A stretch of 64,000 nucleotides of DNA, from assembly GCA_951406725.2 (NCBI GenBank), contig OX597820.1:25482001-25546000 (forward strand), given 5' to 3'. A model generated the notes under the pieces. The model was not told the DNA's origin and ran no database searches. It worked only from the letters and a program-made list of their open reading frames with translations. Both the position numbers and the translations under genes were made by a program. This document shows positions 25,291-38,209 of this stretch, piece by piece (positions within the stretch are counted from its first letter, which is position 1; every line of letters starts with the position of its first letter). Source of the stretch: Octopus vulgaris (Eukaryota).

Positions 25291-26699
25291 TATATCTCTC
25301 TTTGTTTCTCTCCCCACACACACTCACCTTACATCCTTCTTTTCTTTGACCTCTTCTCCTTTCTAGACTCATCAAACAACTAACGCCCCCACCCCACCCC
25401 GCCCATCCTGTCATCACCATCACCACCATCCTCATCTCCAACACCTTTTTACCTGCATATCTTCCATCACCACCACCACTAAACACCACCATCACCAACA
25501 CCCTCATCTCCAACATCTTTTCTACCACCACAACTCTCTGCTCCTCTTCCTCCTCCTGTCTCCCCTCCACCCTCTAGTTTATTAATATTAGAAAACTTAT
25601 GTTAAGGTTCTTATTGTTGTCATTGATAACACCTCCTCACCTTATCCTCCTCCTCCATCTCCTCCTCACTCCCCCCACCCCCACCCTGCTTTGTAATTGA
25701 GTTAGTTGTTGTCCATGTTGTTATTACCTGTGCATACCTCTCGCATCACTGCCACCTTCCACCCTCCTCACACACACACACAGACACACACACATTACCT
25801 GCAGTTTGTATTGTTGATGTTGCTAATAATGATGTTGCTGCTGCTGATGATGATGATGACGATGTCTTCAACTGCACTCACCACACACACGCACACACAC
25901 ACACACGCACAGACACTCACCTGCAACTGTAATTGTAGTTGGTGGTGTTACAAATGATGATGATGTTGATGATGATGCTGCTGCTATTAACTACACCCCC
26001 CCACACACACACACATACATAAGCATTCACATTCTGCCTGCAATTTTAATTGTTTATGATGATGTTGCCGATGATGGTGGTGGTGGTGGTGATGATGATG
26101 ATGATGATGGTGATGATGATGCTGTTGATGTTGTTTATCTTTGCTAATACTTAGCTGTAAGACATGTGCCTCAGCTGTGATATTGATTCTCCGTCCTTGT
26201 AACTGCTACTGTTGCTGGCCTTGTAACACACCGCAACTCTTTAATTTCTCATCCTAGCGAATCTTTATTCTGCCACAACAGTTGTGCTGTTGATGCCATC
26301 ATCATCACCACCACCACAACCATTACCACCACCACCACAACCACTACCACCACCACCACTACCACAAACCCCACCGCCACCACCACCATTGACTAGCCGG
26401 CCAGTCAGCCTGCAAGCCATCTTTCCATTCATCCTTTCATTCATCTCTGTATCTATCTATCTATCTATCTATCTATTTATATCCATATATATATATATAT
26501 ATATATTTCTATCTATCCATCAACTCTTCCAGCCTGTCTATCTGTCAATCCATCCATTCATCCATCTATCTATCCATCCACATTGCACACACTGGCTGAC
26601 TGACTGGCTGCACTTGGGAGAGCCTGCTTGCCTCATCCGTACAATGTCTCCTCTGGCTAGTTGTCGTCGGCAACACTAAATATAGTCCGAATGAACTGT

Positions 26700-26870
26700 G
26701 AACCCTTTCCCGCCCCGCCCACAACCTCCGGAGAACTTTAGGCTTTTTTTTTTTTATATGACATTCCTTGCTTTCCTTATTACACCAGCCTTCTCGTTAA
26801 ATCAAAGCAGGATTCTTATTTCGTTAATTAATTACTTTACCTTCACAGGTCAACTAAATTTACGGTGAGT
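26700..26870 (+). promoter_or_regulatory. Candidate GC-box promoter and first exon, or a 16-nt micro-exon
   Basis: CCCGCCCCGCCC at 26709..26720 in a CpG-retaining, repeat-poor island. TTAAT...TTACTTTACCTTCACAG|GTCAACTAAATTTACG|GTGAGT, followed by U-rich sequence. Confidence 0.4.
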
Positions 26871-27881
26871 CTGACCAAAATGTTTTAAAATTTTTTTTTG
26901 TTTGTGTGTGTGTGTATGTTTGTCGTTTCACCTCCACATTAATTGTCGTTGAATATAATTTTCTTTAGTTTTGCCTTTAATAATAAACATGCTGCAAATG
27001 TTATTTATAATAGGTTTATTCTTTCGAGAAGATTTCTCTGTTTACAGGACAAATTCTTTAAATTATTCTTCAGTTCTTTTGATTATACTTTCGTTCTTTC
27101 ATTTGTGTACGTTCTTCTTGTTGCTATTATTTATTTCATTTCTTCTTAAAGGTGGGACCATTACTTTTATTTATTTATTCTTTTACTTTTTCAAGATTTT
27201 TTCCTTTGAAAGCAACAAAAAAAAAAAAACTAAATTCTCTACTACCTTACTTGGGACCTTTTGCAGCTTGTTTCATAGTTACCTATTTTGTTTCTTTGCA
27301 AAAAAAAATTTTAAATAGATAAAATCCTTTATTTCTATCAAATTGTTTTTGTTATGAAATTTATTTCATTAAAGAAAAAAAAAGAAAACTTTTTGTTCTA
27401 CTTGGTTAATTAATCTTCATTTCATTTCTTTACGTTTTGTTTTTGTTTTAAATCCACTCCCTTTTAAAATCATCCATGCTTCATTTATCGTGTTAGGGTC
27501 CCTTTTACTACTGGGAGACTGGGAAATAAGGGATCTATTTTTGAAGGGCTTTTTTTTCTTCTTTTGTTTAAAGTGTCTTTAATAGTTGTTTCATCAAGCT
27601 ATAGTTATACATCTTATACCAAGCAAATGAGGGAGCTCTAACATAGTTACTCGGTCTGCTAGAAATAGCAGGCAAATATCCATCAAATCACTAGTCTTTA
27701 ACAGAAAACAGGAGGGACGCATTTGGATGTACAAAAAGGTGGAGTAATCACAGCTGGAGTACCTTTGATCATAGGCCTGCAAGATTATTTCTCACCTGAG
27801 GATTAGACACCAACAACAACAATGTGAGTGTGTGTACATGACATGTATTGCTATTCTGATCGCATCAGTCTCTTGCTACTC

Positions 27882-27963
27882 TGAGTTTCACCTTTGGGTG
27901 CACAGGGTCTTCAGGCAAGTTACAAAGATCCTAAGGGCCCTGTATACCCATAAGTTAAACTCA
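27882..27963. ncRNA. Candidate pri-miRNA-like hairpin
   Basis: Arms 27882..27915 and 27930..27963 pair without gaps at 29 of 34 positions (3 G-U) around a 14-nt loop. The sequence is not repeated in the window and matches no mature miRNA I recognise. Confidence 0.5.
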
Positions 27964-30900
27964 AGAAACTGACTCAGCCAAAGTAAAATATATTATTTAT
28001 CTCTGCTACGGTATTGAGTACCCTTTTTTCCGACTGTCAACACTAAACATGCATACATACATACACGCACGCACACACACACACACACACACTGATGCTA
28101 TCTGTCTCTTTTCTTTTGCATTAATTAAAAGTATTATTTACTGGACAACAAAGTAATGAACTACCTAGTACACCTTTATTACCTTTCTTCAATATACTTT
28201 CTACTCCTGCTATACACTAAAAGTTCCTCCACTGGTTTGCTTTGAAGGCAAGTTGATCTCTTGTTGTTGCTTTACACCTCATTGGTGTCCCAGAATCGTC
28301 TAAGCCATAATTGCTAAAACAACACCTAAATATCAGTCCAGCCCTAACAAACTAAATCAGCGACTGAGGAGTCATGGGGTACGTAGGACTTACATAATTC
28401 AATGTGTTTTTATTTAATTCTTAAGATGGTAATATGTGAGTTGGAAAAGGTTTGGTTCTTATCTCTAGCAGATCAAACAACCAGGTAGAGGCTTTCTCAT
28501 TTACTTGATTGATTTTTGTTTTTTGCTGATTCTAGTGGGACCTTATAAATGCCTGGTAATGTTATAGTTAAACCCTGATTGAGGGAGCCTTTCATCAAAG
28601 ACATTCCAGTAATGACCATCCCATCTTTTTTATATTTTTTTTTAACAAGGACCATATCTTATGTGTTGTTATTGTTTTTTTAAAATAGTAGGGTGTCGTT
28701 TTTCAGTGAGATTTGCCCTCTATTTCTAGCAAGTCCATTGACCACATTGTGTTACACTTGTTGGTTTGAAAATCAATCTGTAATTGCAGTACTGTAGCAG
28801 CAACTAGGTGGGTGGGGGGGGGGGCAACTGACAGGTGTGAAGATGTAACAGAAGAAGCATTAGAAGAATAATTCTCTATGTATTATTGTCTCAAATTTTG
28901 GCACAAATAGGGACGGATGAAGTACCAGCACTTGAATGGTACTTCATTTTCTCATTCCTGGAGGGATGAAAAGCAAGATTGACCTTAGCAGGATTTGAAC
29001 TCAGAAAATAGTGGGTTCAAATCCTGCTACGGTCAACTTTGCCATTCATTTCTCCCTGGGGTCGAGAAAATAAAGTTCCAGTTATGTACTGGGGTTGATG
29101 GTATTGACTACGTCTCTTCTTTATTTGTTGGTTTTCTACCTCAGGCAGAAATCGTTATCTTATGTATTGTTTCAATTTTTTTTTAAAAATCTGATTACAT
29201 CATAGTTTGAAAAATAACTTGAATTTTTCAACTTCATCTTCCACAACTCTCTCTCACTCTCACTTGCTCTCATTCTCTCTTTCTTCTGCTTCTTCCTCTC
29301 TTTCTCTTTCTCACTCCCTGTCTCTCTCTATCTCTCTCACTCTTTCACTGTGTCTTTTTTTCCATGATAAACTAAGGAAGGTATGAACAACAAAGTATTC
29401 TGCATTAGGGTAGGAAGAACACCTTTATCTTCAGACGCCATCTGTTTACAAACGATAGTAAAACTTTCCCCGGTCTCTACAAAAGCCATCACCTCGCAGC
29501 TTTCTGTTCTTCCTTTGTTGCACACGACACCTGCTAGCAGACAGGAATCTAAACTGGGAGGCCTGATATCAAACCCTGGACCCACATACACTTGAAACAA
29601 AGGACCTTATAAATGCCAGGTCTGCTGCTACTGCTACTGTTGTTGTTGTTAAATCCCGGGTCAACCACAACTGAGTGAATCGTTCATCAAAGACATTCCA
29701 GTTGTGACTATCCCATCTTTTTTCTTTCTTTTTTTCTTTTCATCTAGGACCATGTTAGCTAATGTGTTATTGTTTTCATAAAATAGTAGGGTGTGGTTTT
29801 TCAGTGAGTTTTGCCCTCTATTCTTAGGCATAGGAGTGGCTGTGTGGTAAGTAGCTTGCTTACGAACCACATGGTTCCAGATTAAGTCCCACTGCGTGGC
29901 ACCTTGGGCAAGTGTCTTCTACTATAGCCTCAGGCCAACCAAGGCTTTGTGAGTGGGTTTGGTAGACAGAAACTGAAAGAAGCCCGTCGTATATATGTAT
30001 ATATATATATGTATGTGTATGTATATGTTTGTATGTCTGTGTTTGTCCGCCCCACTCCAACATTGCTTAACAACCGATGTTGGTGTGTTTACATCCCCGT
30101 AACTTAGCAGTTCGGCTGAAGAGACCGATAGAATAAGTACTAGGCTTACAAAGAATAAGTCCTGGGGTCGATTTGCTCGACTAAAGGTGGTGCTCCAGCA
30201 TGGCCACAGTCAAATGACTGAAACAAGTTAAAGAGTAAAAGAGACATATAACCGATGAATGGATATCCATCCATGATTACCACTCACCAAATTACCAGGA
30301 ATAGCAGCAGACCTTATTTCAGCAGTTAAAAATGCTAAAAAATAAGTGATATAGGAGTTGCAATGAAAAAGCTGGAACTCTTATAAGAGATTCTGTTATT
30401 GTTGTTTAATCAGAAATCCACTCTGTTTGAGTAAAACTTATGAAAGGCATTCCAACTGTGACCATTCCACCTCCTTATTATTCCAGTGTGCTCTTTTAGC
30501 TTTTTAAGATGATAATTAGGTGTGATTTCAAGTATACTTAAGACTTTATTATCCAATATGTTTTCTCATTTTTTATAAATATGGAAAGATTTGCTTTGAG
30601 GCAGAGAATCAGCTGCTATATCTAGCACTTTGAGGAACCACATAGAGGCTCCTTTTGCATAACATGCATCGTGTTTTCATGGTGCATCTGTTGCTGTTAC
30701 TGCAGTTGATGTTATTGGTGTGTGGAAGGGGAGGAGGAGGTGATGGGTGAATATAGTTTCTATTTAGATGCACACTGTTGATGTTTAACCCTGGGTTAAA
30801 TTCTATCAAGCAGACCTGTGGTAAAATGTGGTCAAACTACAACCTTCCATCAAGGATCACATTCCACACTATCCAATCCAATGTTTTCCTTTCCCTTTCA

Positions 30901-31423
30901 TGACAGCGGGGTGTGATTCAAAGGAGATTTGGCTGCTATTTCCAGCAGGGTCATTTTGATTACGAAGCAGCTCCTTCAAGGTTGTGTATTCAGCTTTATG
31001 TTATTAACCTGTCTTGCAATTAAAGGAGAAAGAAAAAGACATCAGAAAGTGTTGTTGCTCTTGTTGGCATTGCAATATGTTGTTGTATCTGTTATCTCCA
31101 TTTTATTTATACCTGTCACCACATGGAGTGAGAGTAAAAAGGGAACAGTACCCATGAATTTTCTAGCCCTTCCCACACAGCTGGAGTTGCCTGTAAGGGG
31201 TTAATGCATCTGACATCCAGCCTAAACATCTACTGATTAATATCTGTAGTGGAAGGAGGACATGCATTGAGAGAGCATTGTGGTGGTTGGAGTAGTGGGG
31301 GTATGGTCTGGACTCTGGTCCCTGATTCATTCTCAGTGCACCCGAAGTAGCACTGTTATTGTTGTTATTTAGCCTCTAATCAAAAGTATTCTAGCCAAGA
31401 CTAACCCTTTTTGTTTGTCTGTT

Positions 31424-33187
31424 TTTCAGGCATAGTGAGTCTGAGACTATATTATCAAATGTGTCCCTTTTTTTTTTATAAAATTATAGGACTGATTATG
31501 ATTGAGATATTGTTCTTATTTATAGCAGATTGAGTGGTCATGTAAAGGCTTCCCTCTTCATTTAAGCAAGTAACATGTTAGGCCCATCAGTAGGGATTCT
31601 TTTAAGGATAAACAAATAATAGGTACAGGTACATTTCTCCTATTAAAATAATCTGCCCTCACCTATAATCAGCTGTCTCTGTAAAACATCAGGTCTACAG
31701 AGATGAAATGCCTAAAAATAAAAATTAAAATCACCTTTTGTTTTATATTTAGAAGTTATCTATTTTTCTAGATTGTTCTTCAAACAAAAAATGTTCGATA
31801 TCTGTTTTGTTTTTTTTTTTTTCCATTTCATAAACTTCCCATCTAACTTGGGTAAGCATAGAAAGTTGATCCTGATGCTTTTTATACCAAACTTCCTGAA
31901 GCTGTCCTTTCTATGTTACAAACTTCCCATTTTAACCCTTTTGATATCAACCTGCACTAGACTACTTCTGGTTCCATAATTCAAACTCCCTGTTTTAAAA
32001 TGGTCTATATTAAAACTTCCCATCTAAATCTGATGTAAATTTATGTTTCAAACACCAGCTTGATAATCACAAAGTCATTTTACTAAATTCTTCATTATTT
32101 GAAACAGAGCCAGTGTATTTCAACAGAAATATGGTAACAAAAGGGTTACGCTGATCTAAATCAAAGCCTTCCATCAAAATTTCATGTTTCGAACATCAGC
32201 ATAATAATCCTTTCTATTATAGGCACAAGGCCTGAAATTTGGGGGAGGGGGATAGTCAATTACATCGACCCCAGTAATCAACTGGTACTTAATTTATCGA
32301 CCTGAAAGGATGAAACGTAAATTCGACCTCAGTGGAATTTGAACTCAGAACATAGCAATGGGCAAAATACCTATTTCTTTACTACCCACAAGGGGCTAAA
32401 CACAGAGGGGACAAACAAGGACAGACAAACGGATTAAGTCAATCATATCGACCCCAATGCGTAACTGGTACTTATTTAATTGATCCCCCGAAAGGATGAA
32501 AGGCAAAGTCAACCTCGGCGGAATTTGAACTCAGAATGTAGCGGCAGACAAAATACCGCTAAGCATTTCGCCCGGCATGCTAACGTTTCTGCCAGCTCGC
32601 TGCCTTTTGCTCAATGGGCAAAATACCACTAAGCATTTCATCCAGCGTGCTAACAATTCTGCCAGCTTGCCACCTTACCAGAAATATGGTAACAAAAGGG
32701 TTAAGCTGGTCTAATTCAATGCCTTCCATAAAAATTTCATGATAATTTACATTTCAAACACTAGCTTAACATTTACTAAATTCTTTGTTATTTTCAAAAT
32801 TAATTGCAGCAAAAGCAGTGTATTTCTGCAGAAAAATGGTAATTGAAGGGTTAAATGCCTGTTTCAGGCATAGTAGGTCTGAGACTATATTATCAAATGT
32901 ACCCTTTATTTATAAAAATTAAAGGATTATGAGGGAGACATTGTTCTTATTTATAGCAGATTGAGTGGCCATGTAAAGGCTTCCCTGTTCTTTTATACAT
33001 TGTGGGGTCAAAGCAAGTAACATGTTAGGCCCATCAGAAGTAGGGATTGTTTTAAGGATAAGCAAATAATAGGTACAGGTACATTTCTCCTATTAAAATA
33101 ATCTGCCCTCACCTTTAATCAGTTGTCTCTGTAAAACATCAGGTCTACAGAGATGAAATGCCTAAAAATAAAAATTAAAATCACCTT
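31424..33187 (+). repeat. Local direct duplication of about 320 bp (31424..31737 and 32863..33187) enclosing piggyBac MITE pieces and nested SINEs
   Basis: TTCAGGCATAGT...GAGACTATATTATCAAATGT...CAGGTCTACAGAGATGAAATGCCTAAAAATAAAAATTAAAATCACCTT occurs twice, near-identical. Confidence 0.9.
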
Positions 33188-33330
33188 AGTAGGATCTGTC
33201 ACTTACATATTACTGCCACATTCAAAACTATTGCAAATTAAAGGAAAGCAAGAGAATGAAGAAAATGAGGCTACATTTCTCCTATTCCACTGTTTCTTGT
33301 GTTATAAAATCTTAATGAAAATGTGTTTAA

Positions 33331-33551
33331 CCCTTTCGTTACCAACCTGGCTGAAACCGGCTCTGGCTTTGAGAACAAATGTCTTGTTTTCATAAGTTTT
33401 GAATTAAAATCTTCCACCAAAATTTTAGTTACAATTTATGTTCTTAACACTAGCTGAATGATAGCGAAGTTATTTTACTAAATTCTTTGTTATATTTAAA
33501 GTAATTGAAAGAAACACAGAGCATCTCAAAATAAATACAGTAACGAAAGGG
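33331..33551. mobile_element. piggyBac-type MITE
   Basis: TTAA TSD and CCCTTTCGTTAC TIR; a copy of 18795..19015. Confidence 0.88.
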
Positions 33552-36500
33552 TTAAAGGAACATGACTAATGGATATAACAACAGGCTTATGAGATCAAGA
33601 GTTGTGAGTTCAAGTTCACTGAAAGCTTTTTTTTTTCATTCTGCTCAGCAGGACACTTTAAAATTAAAATTTCAATGCCATTGTTTGTATATAATAAATA
33701 AATACAACAAAAATAGCAGCCAGATGTCCTTTAAATCTCATTCTTCATCTTAGTAAAAACGGATGTGTAGTTATTGTTATTGTTGTAAACCAATAGCTAC
33801 CTTACTGGATATAATCCAGTCGGTCAGATTTTGGCTTACTATTAAATATCTCTTCAAATCACACCCTACTATTTTATTTTATTCTTTTTAAAGAGAAGAA
33901 ACTGAATAATGTAGTCCTAGATATTCAATACCCAAGGAAAACATGAGCGGCTGGACACAGCTAAAATGCTGTTGATCATATGCTTGATCAGAGATAACTC
34001 AGGGCTAAACAACAACCGTACACCCTCCCCAAACATCAAGTCTGAACTATTTTGTGATACCAGATATGACAGTCTCACCTGATTCTCAAAGACAAGGGCA
34101 ACATTGCTTTCTTCTCAATTAAACATTACTTAAATTTTTACTCTGCTAATTATTAAATTTGAAAGTTACAGTCAACTCCTTGGACTGGATGTATTTCTTT
34201 TCCTATAATGCACCATCACCATTATCATCATCATCATCGTCATCATCATCATTTAATATCCACTTTTCCATACATGCTTAGATCAGACAGAATTGTTAAA
34301 GCAGCTTTTTTTATGCCAGGATGCTCTTCCTGTTGCCAACCCTCACCTCTGTCTAGGCAAAGTAATATTTTTCATGGTCAGACATTTTTCCATGGAAGAC
34401 TAGAAACAAACAACACTGCTTGTATGATGGTAATGCCCATTTACAACCATCACATAATGCCAAGACAAAAGCATAAGCACACACACACATATATCTGTGT
34501 GTGTCCACACGATGAGCTTCTTTCAGGTTCCATCTGCCAAATTCACCTTCAAGGCTTCTGTCAACCTGGGGCTATAGTAGTAAGCACTTGCCTAAGACAC
34601 CATACAGTAGGACTGAACCCAAGAACACATGGTTGGGAAACAAACTTCTCAACTGCACCTCTCGTTTTAATACCATTTTTATCAGTTTATTACTAGAGAA
34701 GGGACAATGCCTGTGGTTTTTACAGGCCCTCACATTATCATCATTTAATGTCTGTGTTCCATGCTAGCATGGGTGGGACGGTACCACAAGAGCTGAAGCC
34801 TGCACCAGACTTCTGTGACTGTTTGGGCAGGATTTTTACAGCTCGATGCCCTTCCTAACACCAACCACTCAGCAGCAGACTGTTGATATTTGTAAGGTTG
34901 GTGTGCAATTCTGATTCTGCAGAAAAATGTGGAAAGAGCAGAAGTTGGGATTCTGGTTGAGTTACTGACAACAAAGTGGCTTCCACTGAAGGCTCCAGTG
35001 CAGTGAAGTGGCAGAGTTGTTTGTCAGGGTGTTGGATATAGATGTTATGCCTTGCTATATTTGTGTGCAAAAATGCAACTCTCACAGATGTAAAAAAAAA
35101 GAATATTTTTTTTTAAATCTGTTTCTAGTAAAACCCTACCATTTTTAGTGATATTAAAGCAGACTTCAAAACTTGCAAATAAAATTTTTAAAAATGACTT
35201 TACGTAAAGTGATCTTCTTACAGACCACCATGAAAAGAATTATGGTTTTTTACTATAATCTTTCTCGATGGCCTCACTAGCATGAATAACACATTCTCGT
35301 TAATCAGCTATTTCATTCCATTCCTAAGAACTTTTTATTCTCGCTTTTGTAAATGGTGTATCATATCTTTTTTTATGCAACTTTTTTTGTATTTTAATTT
35401 GATACACAGCTAGTGAAAAAGAGAGAAAAGCAATATTTATTCTGGCCCTTCACATTCTGATTTCACATTCCTCCATGGTCATTTTTACCTTTCATCATTC
35501 TGGAGTTAATAAAATAAGGAACTGCTTTGACATAATCAGCTGTTCACTTCTCCACAACCATTGCAAAAAAAAAAATTGCTGGGCTTCTACCTTAATTAGA
35601 AATTATTAAGAACAGTCAGGTGAACCCGGCATTGACCATGTTTGGATGCTGCGTAAAAAGCATCATCCAAACATGGTTGATGCCAGGTCCACATGACTGG
35701 CTCCCTTGCTAGTGACATGTGAAAAGCACCATCCAAACGTGGTTAATGCCAGTGCCCTCTGACTGGCTCACGTGCCGGTGGCACGTAAAAAGCACCCACT
35801 ACACTCTCAGAGTGGTTGACATTAGGAAGGGCATCCAGCTGTAGAAACATTGTCAGATCAGATTGGAATCTGGTGCAGCCACTGGCTTTCCTGACCTCAG
35901 TCAAACCATCCAACCCATGCCAGCATAGAAAATGGATGTTAAATGATGGTGATGATGAACTGACAGAACTGTTAGGATGTCAGAAAATGCTTAGTGATAA
36001 TTAGTATTGACTTTTTATGTTCTGAGTTCAAATGCCATTGAGGTCAACTTTGTTTTTCATCCTCTCAAGGTCAATTAATTAAAGTATCTGTCAACTACTG
36101 GGGTCAATTGATTTACCCCTTCCTTGATTAAGAGGTTTACTTTACATCCATGTCATTAGGGGTTCAGTCTCACTGTGCAACACCTTGGGCAAGTGTTTTC
36201 TACTATAACCCCAGACCAACCAATGCTTTGTGAGTGAATTTGGTAAGTGGAATCTGTGAGAAGATTATTGTATGTGTGTGTGTGTGTAAGAGAGAAAAAG
36301 AGAGAGATTGAGCAAGTGTATGTATGTCATCGTGTTTGCCTTCCCACTGTTCAACAACTCATATTAGTTTGTTTACATTTCTATAACTTAGTAGTTCAGC
36401 AAAAGTGACTGATAGAATAAATACCAGGCTTAAAATATGTCCTGGGATCGATTTGTTCAACTAACCCCATAAGGTGGTGCTCCAGCATGGCCACAGTCCA

Positions 36501-37705
36501 ATGACTGAAAAAAAACATTAAAAGAGTAAATCACGTTATTATATAGAGACTCAATCCATTGTCTTGTATAAATACCAGTAATATACCCAGGTTGACTTTA
36601 CTTCCTTAGTGTTATTGCTTTCACAAAAGGAATCAATATTTCTTAAGTTGTCCTGGGAATTCAATCTATTGTGGGTGTGGCATACTTAAGCTCCACCTTA
36701 CTTTATTGATTATTTCATAGTGGAGCTGATGCAGAAAATAAACAGCCTACTGGATATACAACAGCCTTGCCTCAGAGCCTTACTCCTCTAGATCCAAGAC
36801 ACGCCTTGATTTACTTCACTTCATGTTCTATCTATGTGAACACCATCATGGTTGAGGTTAAAACGTTTACTTTGCAGTCATAAAGTCCTAGGGTTTTTAA
36901 GGTTCTTTTTTTTTTATTTCTTAGTCAGAAGGGACAGGCACTGCTTATGACTCTTTACAGGGCCTCTCAGACTGGTAAAGGGTAAAGACTCCCTTTGCTC
37001 ATGAATGACCATGAGATTGCACCTAGAAAGTTACCCTCTGGAGCACAAGTCCGGGCAAGTTTGTTTATGGAAGATTAGCAGTCACCCATGCATACCAGTT
37101 TCGACTCTCCACACCACTGATGTTGTCCAAGGGAAAGGCAAAGTGCTGATACAGCTTGGCACCAGTGACGTCACAACTCATTTCTATAGCTGAGTGAACT
37201 GGAGCAACATGAAATAAAGTGTCTTGCTCAAGAACACAACATACAACCTGGCCCAGGAATTGAACTCACTACATTATTGTTAGCCCAACACTCTAACCAC
37301 TGAACCATGTGCTTTTTATTTCTTTACTACCCACAAGGGATTAAACACAGAGGGGACACACAAGGACAGACAAACAGATTAAGTCGATTACATCGACCCC
37401 AGTGCATAACTGGTACTTAATTTATCGACCCCGAAAGGATGAAAGGCAAAGTCGACCTTGGCAGAATTTGAACTCAGGACATAACGGCAGACGAAATACA
37501 GCTACACATTTCACTCGGCGTGCTAACGTTTCTGCCAGCTTGCCGCCTTGAGCCATGTGCCTTTGCTAGACTGGTAGGTGGGTGAGAATGAGGGAGGACA
37601 GCATCTTCAAATCAAAAACTTAGAGTGGACTTCACTAAAGGCACCCACAAGGTCCAGGAAGTGGTGTTAAACCAGGCAATGGACTTAGTCTACCATCTAA
37701 TAGAC

Positions 37706-38209
37706 CAGTGGTTCTCAACCATTTATTGCCTTGGATCCTTTTGATTTCTATTTCACTCTACAGGACTCCCCATAGCCATTTGAAGTTTTTAAGAAACCCA
37801 TTATATTTTTATTATTAAATAATATTAGGAATTATATAGCAAAAATTATTAAAATATTTTGTGTATTATAGAAGTATATAACCAACTTGTTGTGGAGGTA
37901 CATGGCTTTAGTGGTGAGGGTATTAGACTCATTATCATAACATTGTGGTTTCAATTCCTGGACTGGACGATGTGTTATACTCTTGTGCAAAACACTTCAT
38001 TTCACATTGCTCCAGTCCACTCAGCTAGCAAACATGAATAATTCTGCAACAGACCGGCGCCTTGAGAACTGGGAAACAGGCCCTTATGGGTCAGCATGAC
38101 TCAATAAAGTAACTTTACTAATTTTAATCAACTTATTGCACAAAATTTTTTACAACTAAATTTTATATAAACCGCCAAGGCTCATGTGGGCTCTCGTTGA
38201 GAACCACCA
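37706..38209. mobile_element. hAT (Charlie-like) MITE containing a family C SINE
   Basis: Ends CAGTGGTTCTCAAC ... GTTGAGAACCACCA, with a SINE head at about 37896..38118. Confidence 0.75.

Noticed and set aside
29337-29600. Complex-looking 87-aa minus-strand ORF and a 10-bp inverted repeat AGGAAGAACA/TGTTCTTCCT
   Set aside because: No recognisable domain and no convincing splice pair. It may be a transposon fragment; unresolved without a search.
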